A stretch of 64,000 nucleotides of DNA from Christensenellaceae bacterium. GTDB lineage: Bacteria > Bacillota > Clostridia > Christensenellales > Borkfalkiaceae. The translations under genes were made by a program, and so were the position numbers. The stretch spans positions 6,012-70,011 of the forward strand of contig JAZNAX010000029.1 in NCBI GenBank assembly GCA_045586765.1. The letters run 5' to 3'. Within the stretch, counting starts at the first letter, position 1. Each line of letters begins with the position of its first letter. The notes below the pieces were generated by a model. The model was not told where the DNA came from. It saw only the letters and a list, made by a program, of their open reading frames with translations, and did no database searches. Below, one piece after another: positions 16,212-25,327 of this stretch.

Positions 16212-18011
16212 ATGAAAACAATAGGTATTGACTTAGGCACAACAAACTCTTGTGTCGCAGTTATGGAAAATGGCGAACCAGTAGTTATCGCAAATGCAGA
16301 AGGTTCAAGAACAACACCTTCTGTTGTAGGCTTTCAAAAGGACGGAGAAAGACTCGTAGGTCAAGTTGCAAAGCGTCAGGCTGTTTCTAACCCTGATAGA
16401 ACTGTTGCATCAATCAAAAGACATATGGGTTCAGATTATAAAGTTGCTATCGATGATAAAAAATACACACCACAAGAAATTTCAGCAATGGTCTTAACAA
16501 AACTTAAAAAAGATGCTGAAAGTTATCTTGGAACTACTGTAACAGATGCAGTTATCACTGTTCCAGCATACTTCTCTGACAGCCAAAGACAAGCAACTAA
16601 AGACGCAGGTAAAATCGCAGGTCTTAATGTCTTAAGAATTATCAACGAACCAACAGCTGCTGCACTATCATATGGTCTTGACAAAGAAGGCAAAACACAA
16701 AAGGTTATTATTTATGACCTTGGTGGTGGTACGTTTGACGTTTCTGTTATGGAAATTGGCGATGGCGTGTTTGAAGTTTTAGCAACACACGGCAACAACA
16801 TGCTCGGTGGTGATGACTTCGATAAGAGAGTTATGGACTATTTAATCGCTGAGTTTAAGGCTAAAGAAGGCATTGACCTTTCTAACGATAAACTCGCTAT
16901 GCAAAGACTAAAAGAAGCTGCTGAAAAGGCTAAGATTGAACTTTCTGGCATGACAAAGACAAATGTAAACTTGCCATTTATCACAGCAGATGCAACAGGT
17001 CCAAAACACTTAGACGTTGATATTACAAAACAAAAATTCGATGCTTTAACAGAAGACTTAGTTCAAGCAACAGTTGTTCCAATGCAAAACGCAATGAAAG
17101 ATGCAGGACTTTCTTTCTCTGATGTTGACAAGGTAATCTTAGTTGGTGGTTCAACAAGAATTCCAGCAGTTATCGATGAAGTTAGAAAGGTTACAGGTAA
17201 AGAACCATTTAAGGGTATCAACCCAGACGAATGCGTTGCTATCGGTGCTGCAATTCAAGGTGGCGTTTTATCTGGCGAAGTTAAAGACGTGTTGCTTTTA
17301 GACGTTACACCACTTTCACTCGGTATTGAAACACTCGGTGGCGTTTGCACAAAACTCATCGAAAGAAACACAACAATCCCTGTAAAGAAATCACAAGTAT
17401 TCTCAACTGCTGCTGACAACCAAACAGCCGTTGATATTCATATCTTGCAAGGTGAAAGAGAGTTCGCAAAAGACAACAAAACTCTTGGCAACTTCCAACT
17501 TTCAGGCATTGCACCAGCACCTAGAGGCGTGCCACAAATCGAAGTTACTTTTGATATTGACGCAAATGGTATCGTTAACGTTTCTGCAAAAGACTTAGGC
17601 ACAGGTGCATCACAAAACATCACAATCACTTCTTCATCAAACCTTTCTGATGCTGATATCGACAAGGCTGTTAACGAAGCAAAACAATATGAAGAAGAAG
17701 ATAAAAAGAGAAAGCAAGTTGTTGAAAACCACAACAAACTAGATGGACTTATCTTTGCTGTTGAAAAGTCAATTAAAGACCTTGGTGATAAGATTGATGG
17801 AAGCGATAAGGCTAAACTTGAAGAAGAAGTTAAACTTGCTAAAACTGAACTTGAAAGCAACGACGATGATAGAATTGTAAAGGCAACAGAACAACTATCT
17901 AATGTATCACAAGAAATTTTTGGAAAAGTTTATCAACAAGCAAACCCTAATGGCGCAGACCCTAACGCAAATGGTGGTGCTGAAGGGGATACAGAATTCC
18001 ATCAAAACTAA
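16212..18011 (+). CDS. dnaK: molecular chaperone DnaK (Hsp70)
   Basis: 599 aa. [24 protein letters not shown] and [13 protein letters not shown]. Confidence 0.97.
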   Translation: MKTIGIDLGTTNSCVAVMENGEPVVIANAEGSRTTPSVVGFQKDGERLVGQVAKRQAVSNPDRTVASIKRHMGSDYKVAIDDKKYTPQEISAMVLTKLKKDAESYLGTTVTDAVITVPAYFSDSQRQATKDAGKIAGLNVLRIINEPTAAALSYGLDKEGKTQKVIIYDLGGGTFDVSVMEIGDGVFEVLATHGNNMLGGDDFDKRVMDYLIAEFKAKEGIDLSNDKLAMQRLKEAAEKAKIELSGMTKTNVNLPFITADATGPKHLDVDITKQKFDALTEDLVQATVVPMQNAMKDAGLSFSDVDKVILVGGSTRIPAVIDEVRKVTGKEPFKGINPDECVAIGAAIQGGVLSGEVKDVLLLDVTPLSLGIETLGGVCTKLIERNTTIPVKKSQVFSTAADNQTAVDIHILQGEREFAKDNKTLGNFQLSGIAPAPRGVPQIEVTFDIDANGIVNVSAKDLGTGASQNITITSSSNLSDADIDKAVNEAKQYEEEDKKRKQVVENHNKLDGLIFAVEKSIKDLGDKIDGSDKAKLEEEVKLAKTELESNDDDRIVKATEQLSNVSQEIFGKVYQQANPNGADPNANGGAEGDTEFHQN

Positions 18012-18040
18012 AAAATTAAGTAAATAACCAAAAAAACTAA

Positions 18041-18078
18041 TGCAAACTGAAAGGCAAAAGTGCCTTTCAGTTTGTGCA
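18041..18078. terminator. strong hairpin after dnaK (no downstream T run on the plus strand)
   Basis: CAAACTGAAAGGCA (18043-18056) pairs with TGCCTTTCAGTTTG (18061-18074). An A run lies upstream only, so terminator function on the plus strand is uncertain. Confidence 0.4.
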
Positions 18079-18145
18079 TAAATAAAGAAACAAAAAATAT
18101 TTAAGCATATAATTTTAGTTTTAGCTAGATAAAAAAGGTTTTACA

Positions 18146-18742
18146 ATGGATAAACTCATACAATTTATATCTACGTCATTTGGTATTTGGTCGGTTTTTG
18201 GAATCCTTGCAATTATCATTAAGATTTGCGAATATCAATTTAAAAACAGAACTGTAAGAATATCTTTTTATGCTTTGGCAAGTTTAGGTTGGGCAACCTA
18301 TTTCTTGCTTAAGGGCTCGGTTGTTAGTGGTGTTGCAAATATTGTGGGCATTGCTCAATCTTTGGTGTTTATGCAAAGAGAAAATCATAAATGGGCAAAA
18401 AGTTATCTTTGGCTTGTTTTATTTATTGGTCTTCAAATTGCAAACTGCGCTATAGGATTTAGTGCTTGGCACGATGTTTTTCCTGTGCTTGCCAGCGTAC
18501 TTGGTGGCGTTGCTTACTTTATTATTGATGAAGAAAAATATAGATACATTGCGCTTATAAGTTGTGTATTTTGGTTATGCAACAGCATTTCAAAAGTGGC
18601 AATTTTGGCACTTGTTTGTGATGTGTCTTGCACAATTTCTGGCTTTATCGGACTTGTTAGATTTTATAGAAGAAGAAAAAGAGAAAAATCTTTGGCTCAT
18701 AAAGAAGATAAGCTTGAAATTAATAATACTATAAGTGCTTAA
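18146..18742 (+). CDS. YgjV-like inner-membrane protein (hypothetical)
   Basis: 198 aa with about 5-6 TM segments. Its overall pattern resembles the YgjV family, judged by eye. It sits between dnaK and dnaJ. Confidence 0.4.
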   Translation: MDKLIQFISTSFGIWSVFGILAIIIKICEYQFKNRTVRISFYALASLGWATYFLLKGSVVSGVANIVGIAQSLVFMQRENHKWAKSYLWLVLFIGLQIANCAIGFSAWHDVFPVLASVLGGVAYFIIDEEKYRYIALISCVFWLCNSISKVAILALVCDVSCTISGFIGLVRFYRRRKREKSLAHKEDKLEINNTISA

Positions 18743-18797
18743 ATAAAAATGCTATTCAATCAAAAAATATTAGACTTTATAACTTTAAGGAATTATT

Positions 18798-19940
18798 ATG
18801 GCAAAAGATTATTATGAAACTCTTGGGGTTAGCAAAGATGCAACCCAAGACGAAATAAAAAAGGCATATAGAACGCTGGTTAAAAAATATCACCCAGACC
18901 TTCACCCAAACGACAACGCCGCTGCAGAAAAGTTTAAGGAAATTAACGAAGCGCACGAAGTTTTATCCGATGAAAAGAAAAGAAAAAATTATGACGCTTT
19001 CGGCGACCCTAATGGCAATATGGGTGGCTTTGGTGGTTTCGGCGGTGGTGCCGGTGGCTTCGGTGGTTTTAGCGACTTAGGGGATATCTTTGGCGATATC
19101 TTCGGTGGCTTTGGTGGAAGTAGAACTCGTGCCCAAACAAAAACTAAGGGCGATGATATTACCATTGAACTTTCAATGAGTTTTTTAGATGCTGCTAAAG
19201 GTTGCCGTAGAGAAATCGCTTATACTAGAAACGAGCCTTGTAAGGCTTGTAGTGGCACTGGTGCAAATGGTGGCACGGCTTATAAAACTTGCCCTAAGTG
19301 TGGTGGCACAGGTCAAGTTCAATATACTTCGAGCAATGGCTTTTTCCGTTCGGTAAATGTTAGACCTTGTGATGAGTGTAAGGGGACGGGTAAAAAGATT
19401 ATAGAGCCATGCAAAGAGTGTAATGGAAAAGGTTATGTTCGTGCTCAAACAAAACTTACTCTCGATATACCAGCAGGTGCTGATACAGGCAGTTATATAA
19501 AGAAGGTGGGCTTTGGTCAAGCAAGCACAAACGGTGGTCCTGCAGGCGACCTTATTATAGTTATCAAGGTAGAAGGTAGCAAGATTTTTGCACGCAAGCA
19601 CTTTGATTTATTTGTGACGGTGCCTATCAGTTACAAAACGGCAGTTCTCGGTGGCAAGGTTAAAGTTCCACTAATCGACGATACCTTTGAATACACTATT
19701 CCAGAAGGCACACAAAGTGGCAAGAGATTTTTTGTGCGTGGCAAGGGTATTAAGACAAACCGTGGCACAGGCGACCTTTATATTGACGTTTTGGTTGAAG
19801 TGCCAAGCAAAATCACAAAAGAACAAAAGAAGATTTTAGAAGAATTAGAAAAGAATACGGATATTAAACAATGCCCTAATATGAAACAATATAAGGACAA
19901 TTTGGAAACAATGTATGGCAAAAACCCATACGAAAAATAG
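18798..19940 (+). CDS. dnaJ: co-chaperone DnaJ
   Basis: J domain with HPD (KKYHPDLHP), a G/F-rich linker, and four CxxCxGxG zinc-finger repeats. Confidence 0.96.
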   Translation: MAKDYYETLGVSKDATQDEIKKAYRTLVKKYHPDLHPNDNAAAEKFKEINEAHEVLSDEKKRKNYDAFGDPNGNMGGFGGFGGGAGGFGGFSDLGDIFGDIFGGFGGSRTRAQTKTKGDDITIELSMSFLDAAKGCRREIAYTRNEPCKACSGTGANGGTAYKTCPKCGGTGQVQYTSSNGFFRSVNVRPCDECKGTGKKIIEPCKECNGKGYVRAQTKLTLDIPAGADTGSYIKKVGFGQASTNGGPAGDLIIVIKVEGSKIFARKHFDLFVTVPISYKTAVLGGKVKVPLIDDTFEYTIPEGTQSGKRFFVRGKGIKTNRGTGDLYIDVLVEVPSKITKEQKKILEELEKNTDIKQCPNMKQYKDNLETMYGKNPYEK

Positions 19941-19941
19941 T

Positions 19942-20880
19942 ATGAATAATTTTATTGAACTAACAATTTCAACAACTCATATCGGTGGCGATATAATTAG
20001 TGACCTGCTTTGGGAATATACCGATAGTGGGGTTGTAATAAGCGATATAGAAGACGTTATAGCCCTTGCTAAAGACGGCAGGGCATGGGACTATGCTGAT
20101 AGCAGTATTTTTAGTGCTGATAAAACGGTGCTTGTAAAGGCATACTTCCCAAAAGAAAGTGCAAGTGAAACAATAAAACAAGTGGAACAAAGACTTATTC
20201 AAATGAAAAAGGAAAGTCCACTTGACCTTGGCAGTTTAGAAACTGTTAAAAGGGATATCGATGGCGACCTTTGGCGTGAGCAATGGAAGGAACACTTTAA
20301 GCCTATAAAAATAGGTAAAATCGTTATCGTTCCAGAGTGGATAGAATATAAAAAGCAAGATGATGAAATAGTTGTTCTTCTTGACAGCAATATGGCGTTT
20401 GGCACAGGTGAACACGAAACGACATCTATGTGCGTGGGATTTTTGGGAAAATACGTAAATAAGAGCGACATAGTTTTAGACGTTGGTTGTGGTAGTGGTA
20501 TACTTGGCATCTCAGCAAGTAAACTTGGTGCAAAACAAGTTGTAATGACGGATATTGATGAGTGTGCAATAGTTGCAACAGAACACAATATGAAGTTAAA
20601 CAATATTACAAACGGCAAAGTCTTGCTTAAAAACTTGCTTGATGACACCACCGTTAAAGGCAACGTTATAGTGTGCAACATAATGGCAGAAGTTTTAATT
20701 GCCTTTAGTCCATACATAGCAAACAACTTGCTTGATAATGGCATTATAATACTTAGTGGTATTTTGGTTGAAAGGTTGGATGCTGTAAAAAGCGCATATG
20801 AATCGGCTGGGTTTGAAATGTTAGAACAAAGCATTAAAGGGGAGTGGTCGGCTCTTGCTTTAAGAAAGGGTGACAAATAA
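19942..20880 (+). CDS. prmA: ribosomal protein L11 methyltransferase
   Basis: SAM motif VLDVGCGSGILGI. The N-terminus MNNFIELTISTT fits the PrmA start, so ATG 19942 is preferred over the ORF-track start 19915 inside dnaJ. Confidence 0.88.
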   Translation: MNNFIELTISTTHIGGDIISDLLWEYTDSGVVISDIEDVIALAKDGRAWDYADSSIFSADKTVLVKAYFPKESASETIKQVEQRLIQMKKESPLDLGSLETVKRDIDGDLWREQWKEHFKPIKIGKIVIVPEWIEYKKQDDEIVVLLDSNMAFGTGEHETTSMCVGFLGKYVNKSDIVLDVGCGSGILGISASKLGAKQVVMTDIDECAIVATEHNMKLNNITNGKVLLKNLLDDTTVKGNVIVCNIMAEVLIAFSPYIANNLLDNGIIILSGILVERLDAVKSAYESAGFEMLEQSIKGEWSALALRKGDK

Positions 20881-22127
20881 TGAAGGCAGTTGTCTTTACG
20901 CTAGGCTGTAAGGTGAACGAGTGCGAAAGCGATTCGCTTATAACAGGCTTAGAAAACTTAGGCTATGAAGTTAGCGATAAACTCGTGCCAGCCGACCTAT
21001 ACATAGTAAATACTTGTGCCGTTACAAACGAAGCCGAAAAGAAATCTCGCCAAATGGCAAGCAGAATAAAAAAACTTTCTAAAGATGCAAAGATAATTTT
21101 CACAGGCTGTGCTGTCCAAAAGAATCCAGAGCAATTTATGACAAAGTCAAACGACTTTTTGTTAACAGGCGTGTTCAATAAAAATGAAATTTTGTCACTG
21201 CTTAATGAAAGTGGAAACCATATTAGTGCGCCTTGCACGGAGTTTGAAGAACTTTTTTTGACAAAGTCTTTAAGGACTAGGGCGTACGTTAAAGTTCAAG
21301 ATGGTTGCAACAACTTTTGTTCTTATTGCATTATTCCATACCTTAGGGGAAGAAATCGTGCAAGAAACCCAGAGAGCGTGAAAAAAGAAATTTTATCGCT
21401 CGGTGCTAAAGAAGTTGTTATAAACGGCATAAACCTATCGGCTTACGACTATAACGGGATAAATTTGACAGGTTTAATAAAAAGTTTAAAAGACTTGCCT
21501 ATAAGAATTAGACTTGGCTCTTTAGAAGTTAACATCATCGACAGGGAATTTTTGTCAGCACTAAAAGAATTAAAAGATTTTGCACCACATTTTCACCTTT
21601 CTTTGCAGTCGGGGTGTGATGGCGTTCTAAAAAAGATGAACAGGCACTACACCACTAAAGAATATTTAGAAAAGGTGAATTTAATAAGAGAATTTTTTGC
21701 TGATGCAGGCATTACAACCGATATTATCGTTGGTTTTCCAACAGAGAGCGAAAACGACTTTTTGGATACTGTTGAGTTTGTTAAAAGCGTTGGGTTTAGC
21801 GATATTCACCCATTTCCGTTCAGTTCAAGAAGTGGCACGGTTGCAAGCAAAATGAAAGATTTGCCAGCAGATGTTAAAAAGCAAAGGCTTGACAAACTTG
21901 TTGAAATAAAAAAAGAGTGCAAAAAGGATTTTGCATTAAAAATGAAAGGCAAAGAGTTAGACTTTTTGTTTGAAGAATTTAAAGATGGCTATGCTGTTGG
22001 TTACACGCAAAACTATCTTAGAATATACATAAAAAATTACAAGAAAATAAGTCAAAACCAAATAGAAAAAGTTATAGTTTTAGAGCCTTATTTAGAAGGC
22101 GCTATTGCTGAGCAAAAAGGAGAATAA
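20880..22127 (+). CDS. mtaB: MiaB-like radical-SAM tRNA methylthiotransferase, probably MtaB
   Basis: 415 aa. Radical SAM CNNFCSYC, an N-terminal UPF0004 Cys residues and a TRAM-like C-terminus. Its position after dnaJ-prmA matches the B. subtilis yqeV arrangement. Confidence 0.85.
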   Translation: MKAVVFTLGCKVNECESDSLITGLENLGYEVSDKLVPADLYIVNTCAVTNEAEKKSRQMASRIKKLSKDAKIIFTGCAVQKNPEQFMTKSNDFLLTGVFNKNEILSLLNESGNHISAPCTEFEELFLTKSLRTRAYVKVQDGCNNFCSYCIIPYLRGRNRARNPESVKKEILSLGAKEVVINGINLSAYDYNGINLTGLIKSLKDLPIRIRLGSLEVNIIDREFLSALKELKDFAPHFHLSLQSGCDGVLKKMNRHYTTKEYLEKVNLIREFFADAGITTDIIVGFPTESENDFLDTVEFVKSVGFSDIHPFPFSSRSGTVASKMKDLPADVKKQRLDKLVEIKKECKKDFALKMKGKELDFLFEEFKDGYAVGYTQNYLRIYIKNYKKISQNQIEKVIVLEPYLEGAIAEQKGE

Positions 22128-22128
22128 T

Positions 22129-22470
22129 ATGGAAAATTGTTTGTTTTGTAAAATAATTAAAGGCGAAATTCCTGCAACAAAAATGTATGAAGATGAAAAC
22201 ATGATTATCATTAAAGACATTGACCCAAAAGCAAAAAATCACTTTTTGTGTATTCCAAAAAGCCACTTTAAATTACTTGCTGATATGACCGACAAGCAAA
22301 GTGAAATGCTAAAAGAGTGCTTTAAGAAAATTCCAACACTTGAAAAGGAACTTGGCTTAGAAAATGGTTATCGTTTGGTAATAAATCAAGGCGAAGATGC
22401 AGGTCAAACTGTTTTCCATTTGCATATTCACATTTTATCAGGTCAAAAAATGGGCTGGACACCAGCATAA
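22129..22470 (+). CDS. HIT-family (histidine triad) nucleotide hydrolase
   Basis: 113 aa. CLFCKII...HLHIHIL histidine triad. ATG 22129 sits behind AAAGGAGAA and is preferred over 22105. Confidence 0.88.
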   Translation: MENCLFCKIIKGEIPATKMYEDENMIIIKDIDPKAKNHFLCIPKSHFKLLADMTDKQSEMLKECFKKIPTLEKELGLENGYRLVINQGEDAGQTVFHLHIHILSGQKMGWTPA

Positions 22471-22492
22471 ATTAAGCAAAAATCACAAATAT

Positions 22493-22524
22493 AAACTCGG
22501 CTTTAGTTATAGCCGAGTTTTTTT
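22493..22524 (+). terminator. rho-independent terminator after the HIT gene
   Basis: AAACTCGGCT...AGCCGAGTTT followed by a T run. Confidence 0.8.
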
Positions 22525-22573
22525 GTGCCTTAAAATGCTTGACAAAAAATATTATATGTGCAAAAATATCTAT

Positions 22574-22722
22574 GCCAAACAAATTTAATATTTTTAGTGG
22601 GTATTATTTAACTTTTAGTATATTTTTCTTGTTATTTTACCACAATCATTGTAGGTGTTTGTTAAAAATGCAAAGTCCGTTTAAATGATTGTGGTAATAC
22701 CATTTATTTAAATTTGTTTGGC
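22574..22722 (+). promoter_or_regulatory. long nested inverted repeat (candidate structured leader RNA or MITE-like insert)
   Basis: Outer 15-bp arms are GCCAAACAAATTTAA (22574-22588) and TTAAATTTGTTTGGC (22708-22722). Inner 14-bp arms are TTACCACAATCATT (22637-22650) and AATGATTGTGGTAA (22684-22697). Confidence 0.5.
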
Positions 22723-22745
22723 GACAGTCGGGGTTTGCGTTTTCG

Positions 22746-22782
22746 GTGCGCTCACTTCGGTTGGCGCACTTTTTATTTTTTT
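22746..22782 (+). terminator. intrinsic terminator immediately upstream of the LRR gene RBS (attenuator-like)
   Basis: GTGCGC (22746-22751) pairs with GCGCAC (22764-22769), followed by TTTTTATTTTTTT. RBS GGGAGAGG starts at 22784. Confidence 0.6.
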
Positions 22783-22794
22783 AGGGAGAGGCTT

Positions 22795-23532
22795 ATGAAT
22801 AAATCTTTTTTGCTAGAAACAGTAGAAATCCCAAAAAATACGGCAATAATCGATGATTATCAATTTTCTGGATACACATCGTTAAAATATTTAATTTTGC
22901 CAAACAGCATAACGAGCATTGGGGACTCAGCATTTGAAGGCTGTTATTCGTTAGAAAAAATAGAAATTCCAGAAGGGGTGACAAGTATTGGTGAAGATGC
23001 TTTTTCTGGTTGCACTTCACTAAAAGAAATAGTTTTACCAAGTAGTCTTGAGAGCATAGGTGACTATGCTTTTGAAGGTTGCTCTAACTTAGAGAGAGTG
23101 GTTATTCCAGAAGGGGTTAAAGAAATTGCCAATTTAATGTTTTTCAATTGCAAAAACTTAAAAGAAGTTGTTTTGCCTAATAGTATTACAAGTGTTGGCT
23201 ATGCATCTTTTCGCAATTGTCCATTATTAAAAGAAGTAATTTTACCAAACGGCACCACGAGCATTGGGGATTTTGCTTTTGCAGGCTGTCTTTCATTAGA
23301 AAGGATTGTTCTTCCAAAAAGTTTGAAAAATATAGGATATGCAGCCTTTCGTGATTGCGCATTACTTTCAAACATAATTATACCAAAAGATGTTATGACT
23401 ATGGGCGATTATACTTTTGAAGGTTGCGATATGCTAACTATTTATTGCGAAGCCAAAATAGAGCCAAAAATTTGGGGTTTGTGTTGGAACTATAATTGCC
23501 CTGTTTTTTGGGGATATAAAAAAGAAAAATAA
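22795..23532 (+). CDS. BspA-type leucine-rich repeat (LRR_5) protein with no signal peptide (245 aa)
   Basis: About nine tandem units of about 23 aa (LPNSITSIGDSAFEGCYSLEKIEIPEGVTSIGEDAFSGCTSLKEIV...). ATG 22795 behind GGGAGAGG is preferred over TTG 22714, which lies inside the leader. Confidence 0.8.
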   Translation: MNKSFLLETVEIPKNTAIIDDYQFSGYTSLKYLILPNSITSIGDSAFEGCYSLEKIEIPEGVTSIGEDAFSGCTSLKEIVLPSSLESIGDYAFEGCSNLERVVIPEGVKEIANLMFFNCKNLKEVVLPNSITSVGYASFRNCPLLKEVILPNGTTSIGDFAFAGCLSLERIVLPKSLKNIGYAAFRDCALLSNIIIPKDVMTMGDYTFEGCDMLTIYCEAKIEPKIWGLCWNYNCPVFWGYKKEK

Positions 23533-23550
23533 TATGAAGATAAGAATAAA

Positions 23551-23578
23551 AAAGCGAGTTAAAATTAACTCGCTTTTT
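23551..23578. terminator. bidirectional terminator between the LRR gene and ispDF
   Basis: GCGAGTT-aaaatt-AACTCGC flanked by A and T runs. Confidence 0.6.
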
Positions 23579-23636
23579 AGTTTTTGTCAATACTATACGT
23601 TGCTTTTTAATATTGTATATTGTTTACCATTATATA

Positions 23637-24752
23637 TTATATTTTAACTAAGGTTGCTGTGGCGTGTGTGCAAATGCCTTCTTCTCTGCCAACAAAACCT
23701 AAGCCTTCTAAGGTGGTTGCACCTATTCCCACAAACTCTGGGGCAAGGCTAAGGGCAGTGGACAGCGATTTTGTTATTTCAGGTATGTAGCCAAGAAGTT
23801 TTGGCTTTTCTGCCATAATGGTTGCCGAAATGCTTTCAACCATATATCCCTTATCCTTAATCATGCCTAAAACAACTTCAAGAAGTTTCATGCTATCAGC
23901 ATCTTTATATTTTGGGTCTTTATCCGAAAAATGATAGCCAATATCTCTAAGCGAAAGGGCAGATAAAATAGCATCCATAATAGCGTGGGCAAGTACATCG
24001 GCATCAGAGTGGCCTAAAAGCCCTTTATCGTGGGGGATAATAACGCCACCTAAAATAAGTTTTCTATTTTCAACTAACTTGTGACAATCAAAACCTGTTC
24101 CAAAACGATACATAGGTTTTTTATCCAAACTAAAGTCTTTTTTATAGGTAAGTTTAATATTGTCTATATCGCCATCGAAGTAATTTAAACTTCCAGCATA
24201 ATTTAGATACATTTCGCCATCATCATTAAATGCCTTTTCACCAAGTTCTCGATAGGCTTTTTTTATAGTGCTTGTCAAAAAGCCTTGTGGGGTTTGGATA
24301 TTTGCAAGGCTGTCTTTCCCTAAATATTCGGTTATATTATTATCCTTAATCTTTGCTATAGTGTCACGGCTTTTTATTATAGGAATAGCACTGCCATATT
24401 CTTTAGCCGTGTTTATACAATCTTCAATAAGCTTTTTGCTAACATAAGGTCTTGCACCATCGTGAATTAAAACTATATCGCCATCAACCTTTTCAAGTGC
24501 ATTTTTTATAGACTCTGTTCTAGTGTCGCCACCCAAAACAACGGTGGCTTTATCTAAAACTAAATTTTTAACAAAATCAAAATCTTTTTTACTTGCAGTA
24601 ATTACTATTTGGTCAATTAGTCCACTTGTAGTAAAAGCATTTAATGTTTGCTCTAAAATTGTGGAGTCACCACTCTTTACTAAAAGTTTATTTTGATTAA
24701 AGCCTGCACGCACTCCTTTTCCAGCACAGGCAAGAACTAAACTCGTTTTCAT
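23637..24752 (-). CDS. ispDF: bifunctional 2-C-methyl-D-erythritol 4-phosphate cytidylyltransferase / MEcPP synthase (IspD-IspF fusion)
   Basis: 371 aa. N-terminal IspD (LACAGKGVRAG...IHDGARP). C-terminal IspF (FGTGFDCHKL...GHSDADVLAHAIMDA...ATTLEGLGFVGREEGI). Confidence 0.9.
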   Translation of the reverse strand: MKTSLVLACAGKGVRAGFNQNKLLVKSGDSTILEQTLNAFTTSGLIDQIVITASKKDFDFVKNLVLDKATVVLGGDTRTESIKNALEKVDGDIVLIHDGARPYVSKKLIEDCINTAKEYGSAIPIIKSRDTIAKIKDNNITEYLGKDSLANIQTPQGFLTSTIKKAYRELGEKAFNDDGEMYLNYAGSLNYFDGDIDNIKLTYKKDFSLDKKPMYRFGTGFDCHKLVENRKLILGGVIIPHDKGLLGHSDADVLAHAIMDAILSALSLRDIGYHFSDKDPKYKDADSMKLLEVVLGMIKDKGYMVESISATIMAEKPKLLGYIPEITKSLSTALSLAPEFVGIGATTLEGLGFVGREEGICTHATATLVKI

Positions 24753-24761
24753 CTAATATAC

Positions 24762-25007
24762 CTACTCAAAAATAATTTCGTACATTTGTTCTGCTTCTTC
24801 TTTTCTAACGGTTTCTTTTATAAAAAGCACCTTAAATTTAACCGTGCCACTATTAAAGCCGATTTCCACGATGTCGCCTTCTTTAATTTGGTGCGAAGGC
24901 TTAACTGAGCGCCCGTTTACGCTAACTCTTCCACCATCGCACGCTTGTTGGGCAACCGTTCTGCGTTTAAGTAGCCTAGAAACCTTCAAAAACTTATCAA
25001 TTCTCAT
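24762..25007 (-). CDS. S4-domain RNA-binding protein (Hsp15/YabO-RqcP-like)
   Basis: 81 aa. MRIDKFLKVSRLLKRRTVAQQACDGGRVSVNG is an S4 alpha-L motif. Confidence 0.7.
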   Translation of the reverse strand: MRIDKFLKVSRLLKRRTVAQQACDGGRVSVNGRSVKPSHQIKEGDIVEIGFNSGTVKFKVLFIKETVRKEEAEQMYEIIFE

Positions 25008-25327
25008 AAAAAAATTACACCTTAAATTACTATATATATTGTAGAAAAAATCAAAAAATAAAAATATTTTTAAAATCTTTTAAAAACGCTTGACAATCTT
25101 GATTTTATAGGTTAACATAATATAATGTATTATGATAGGTTATTATCGAGTTTTGTCGCCTTTTTGCAAAAAAACGACTAAAAAATAAGGATTTTTTCGT
25201 GCTTTTTTGACAAAAAAATCGCTTTTTGATACTAACTTTTCTCGACAAGGTTTATTATACAACATTTTCAATGTTTTGTAAACCTATCGGCCCAAAATTT
25301 AAAATTTTTTTTAAGGAGTGTGTTTTG

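Noticed and set aside
20199-20876. Long antisense ORFs inside conserved genes: 225 aa opposite prmA, 261 aa at 41084-41869 opposite copA, 150 aa at 25765-26217 opposite rpoB, 140 aa at 17438-17860 opposite dnaK, and many of 60-120 aa
   Set aside because: They lie entirely within strongly supported genes on the other strand. Their low-complexity Ser/Leu/Ile-rich translations are typical of shadow frames, and they lack RBS and promoter signals.
22397-22588. 63-aa ORF overlapping the HIT gene 3' end and its terminator
   Set aside because: It overlaps a well-supported gene and a terminator hairpin, has no RBS, and gives an implausible low-complexity product.
22574-22782. Assigning the LRR-gene leader to a known riboswitch or T-box class
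   Set aside because: I found no T-box sequence, specifier-loop context or conserved core of the riboswitch classes I can recognise by eye. It is left as unclassified rather than given a named class.
25203-25219. Shared 16-mer TTTTTGACAAAAAAAT upstream of rpoB (25203-25219) and in the hup/43745 intergenic region (43591-43606)
   Set aside because: It is essentially a TTGACA -35 box embedded in A/T homopolymers. In an A+T-rich genome this low-complexity match is likely coincidental or a generic UP-element/-35 context. It would need a genome-wide count to say more.
25226-25327. N-terminal extensions proposed by the ORF track (7843, 19915, 22105, 22714, 25226, 33053, 36402, 40380, 43551, 46057, 4025)
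   Set aside because: In each case the extension starts at a TTG/GTG or upstream ATG inside a promoter, terminator or leader. A downstream ATG with a proper Shine-Dalgarno gives the canonical family N-terminus (for example MPTIQQLIR for S12 and [12 protein letters not shown] for EF-Tu).
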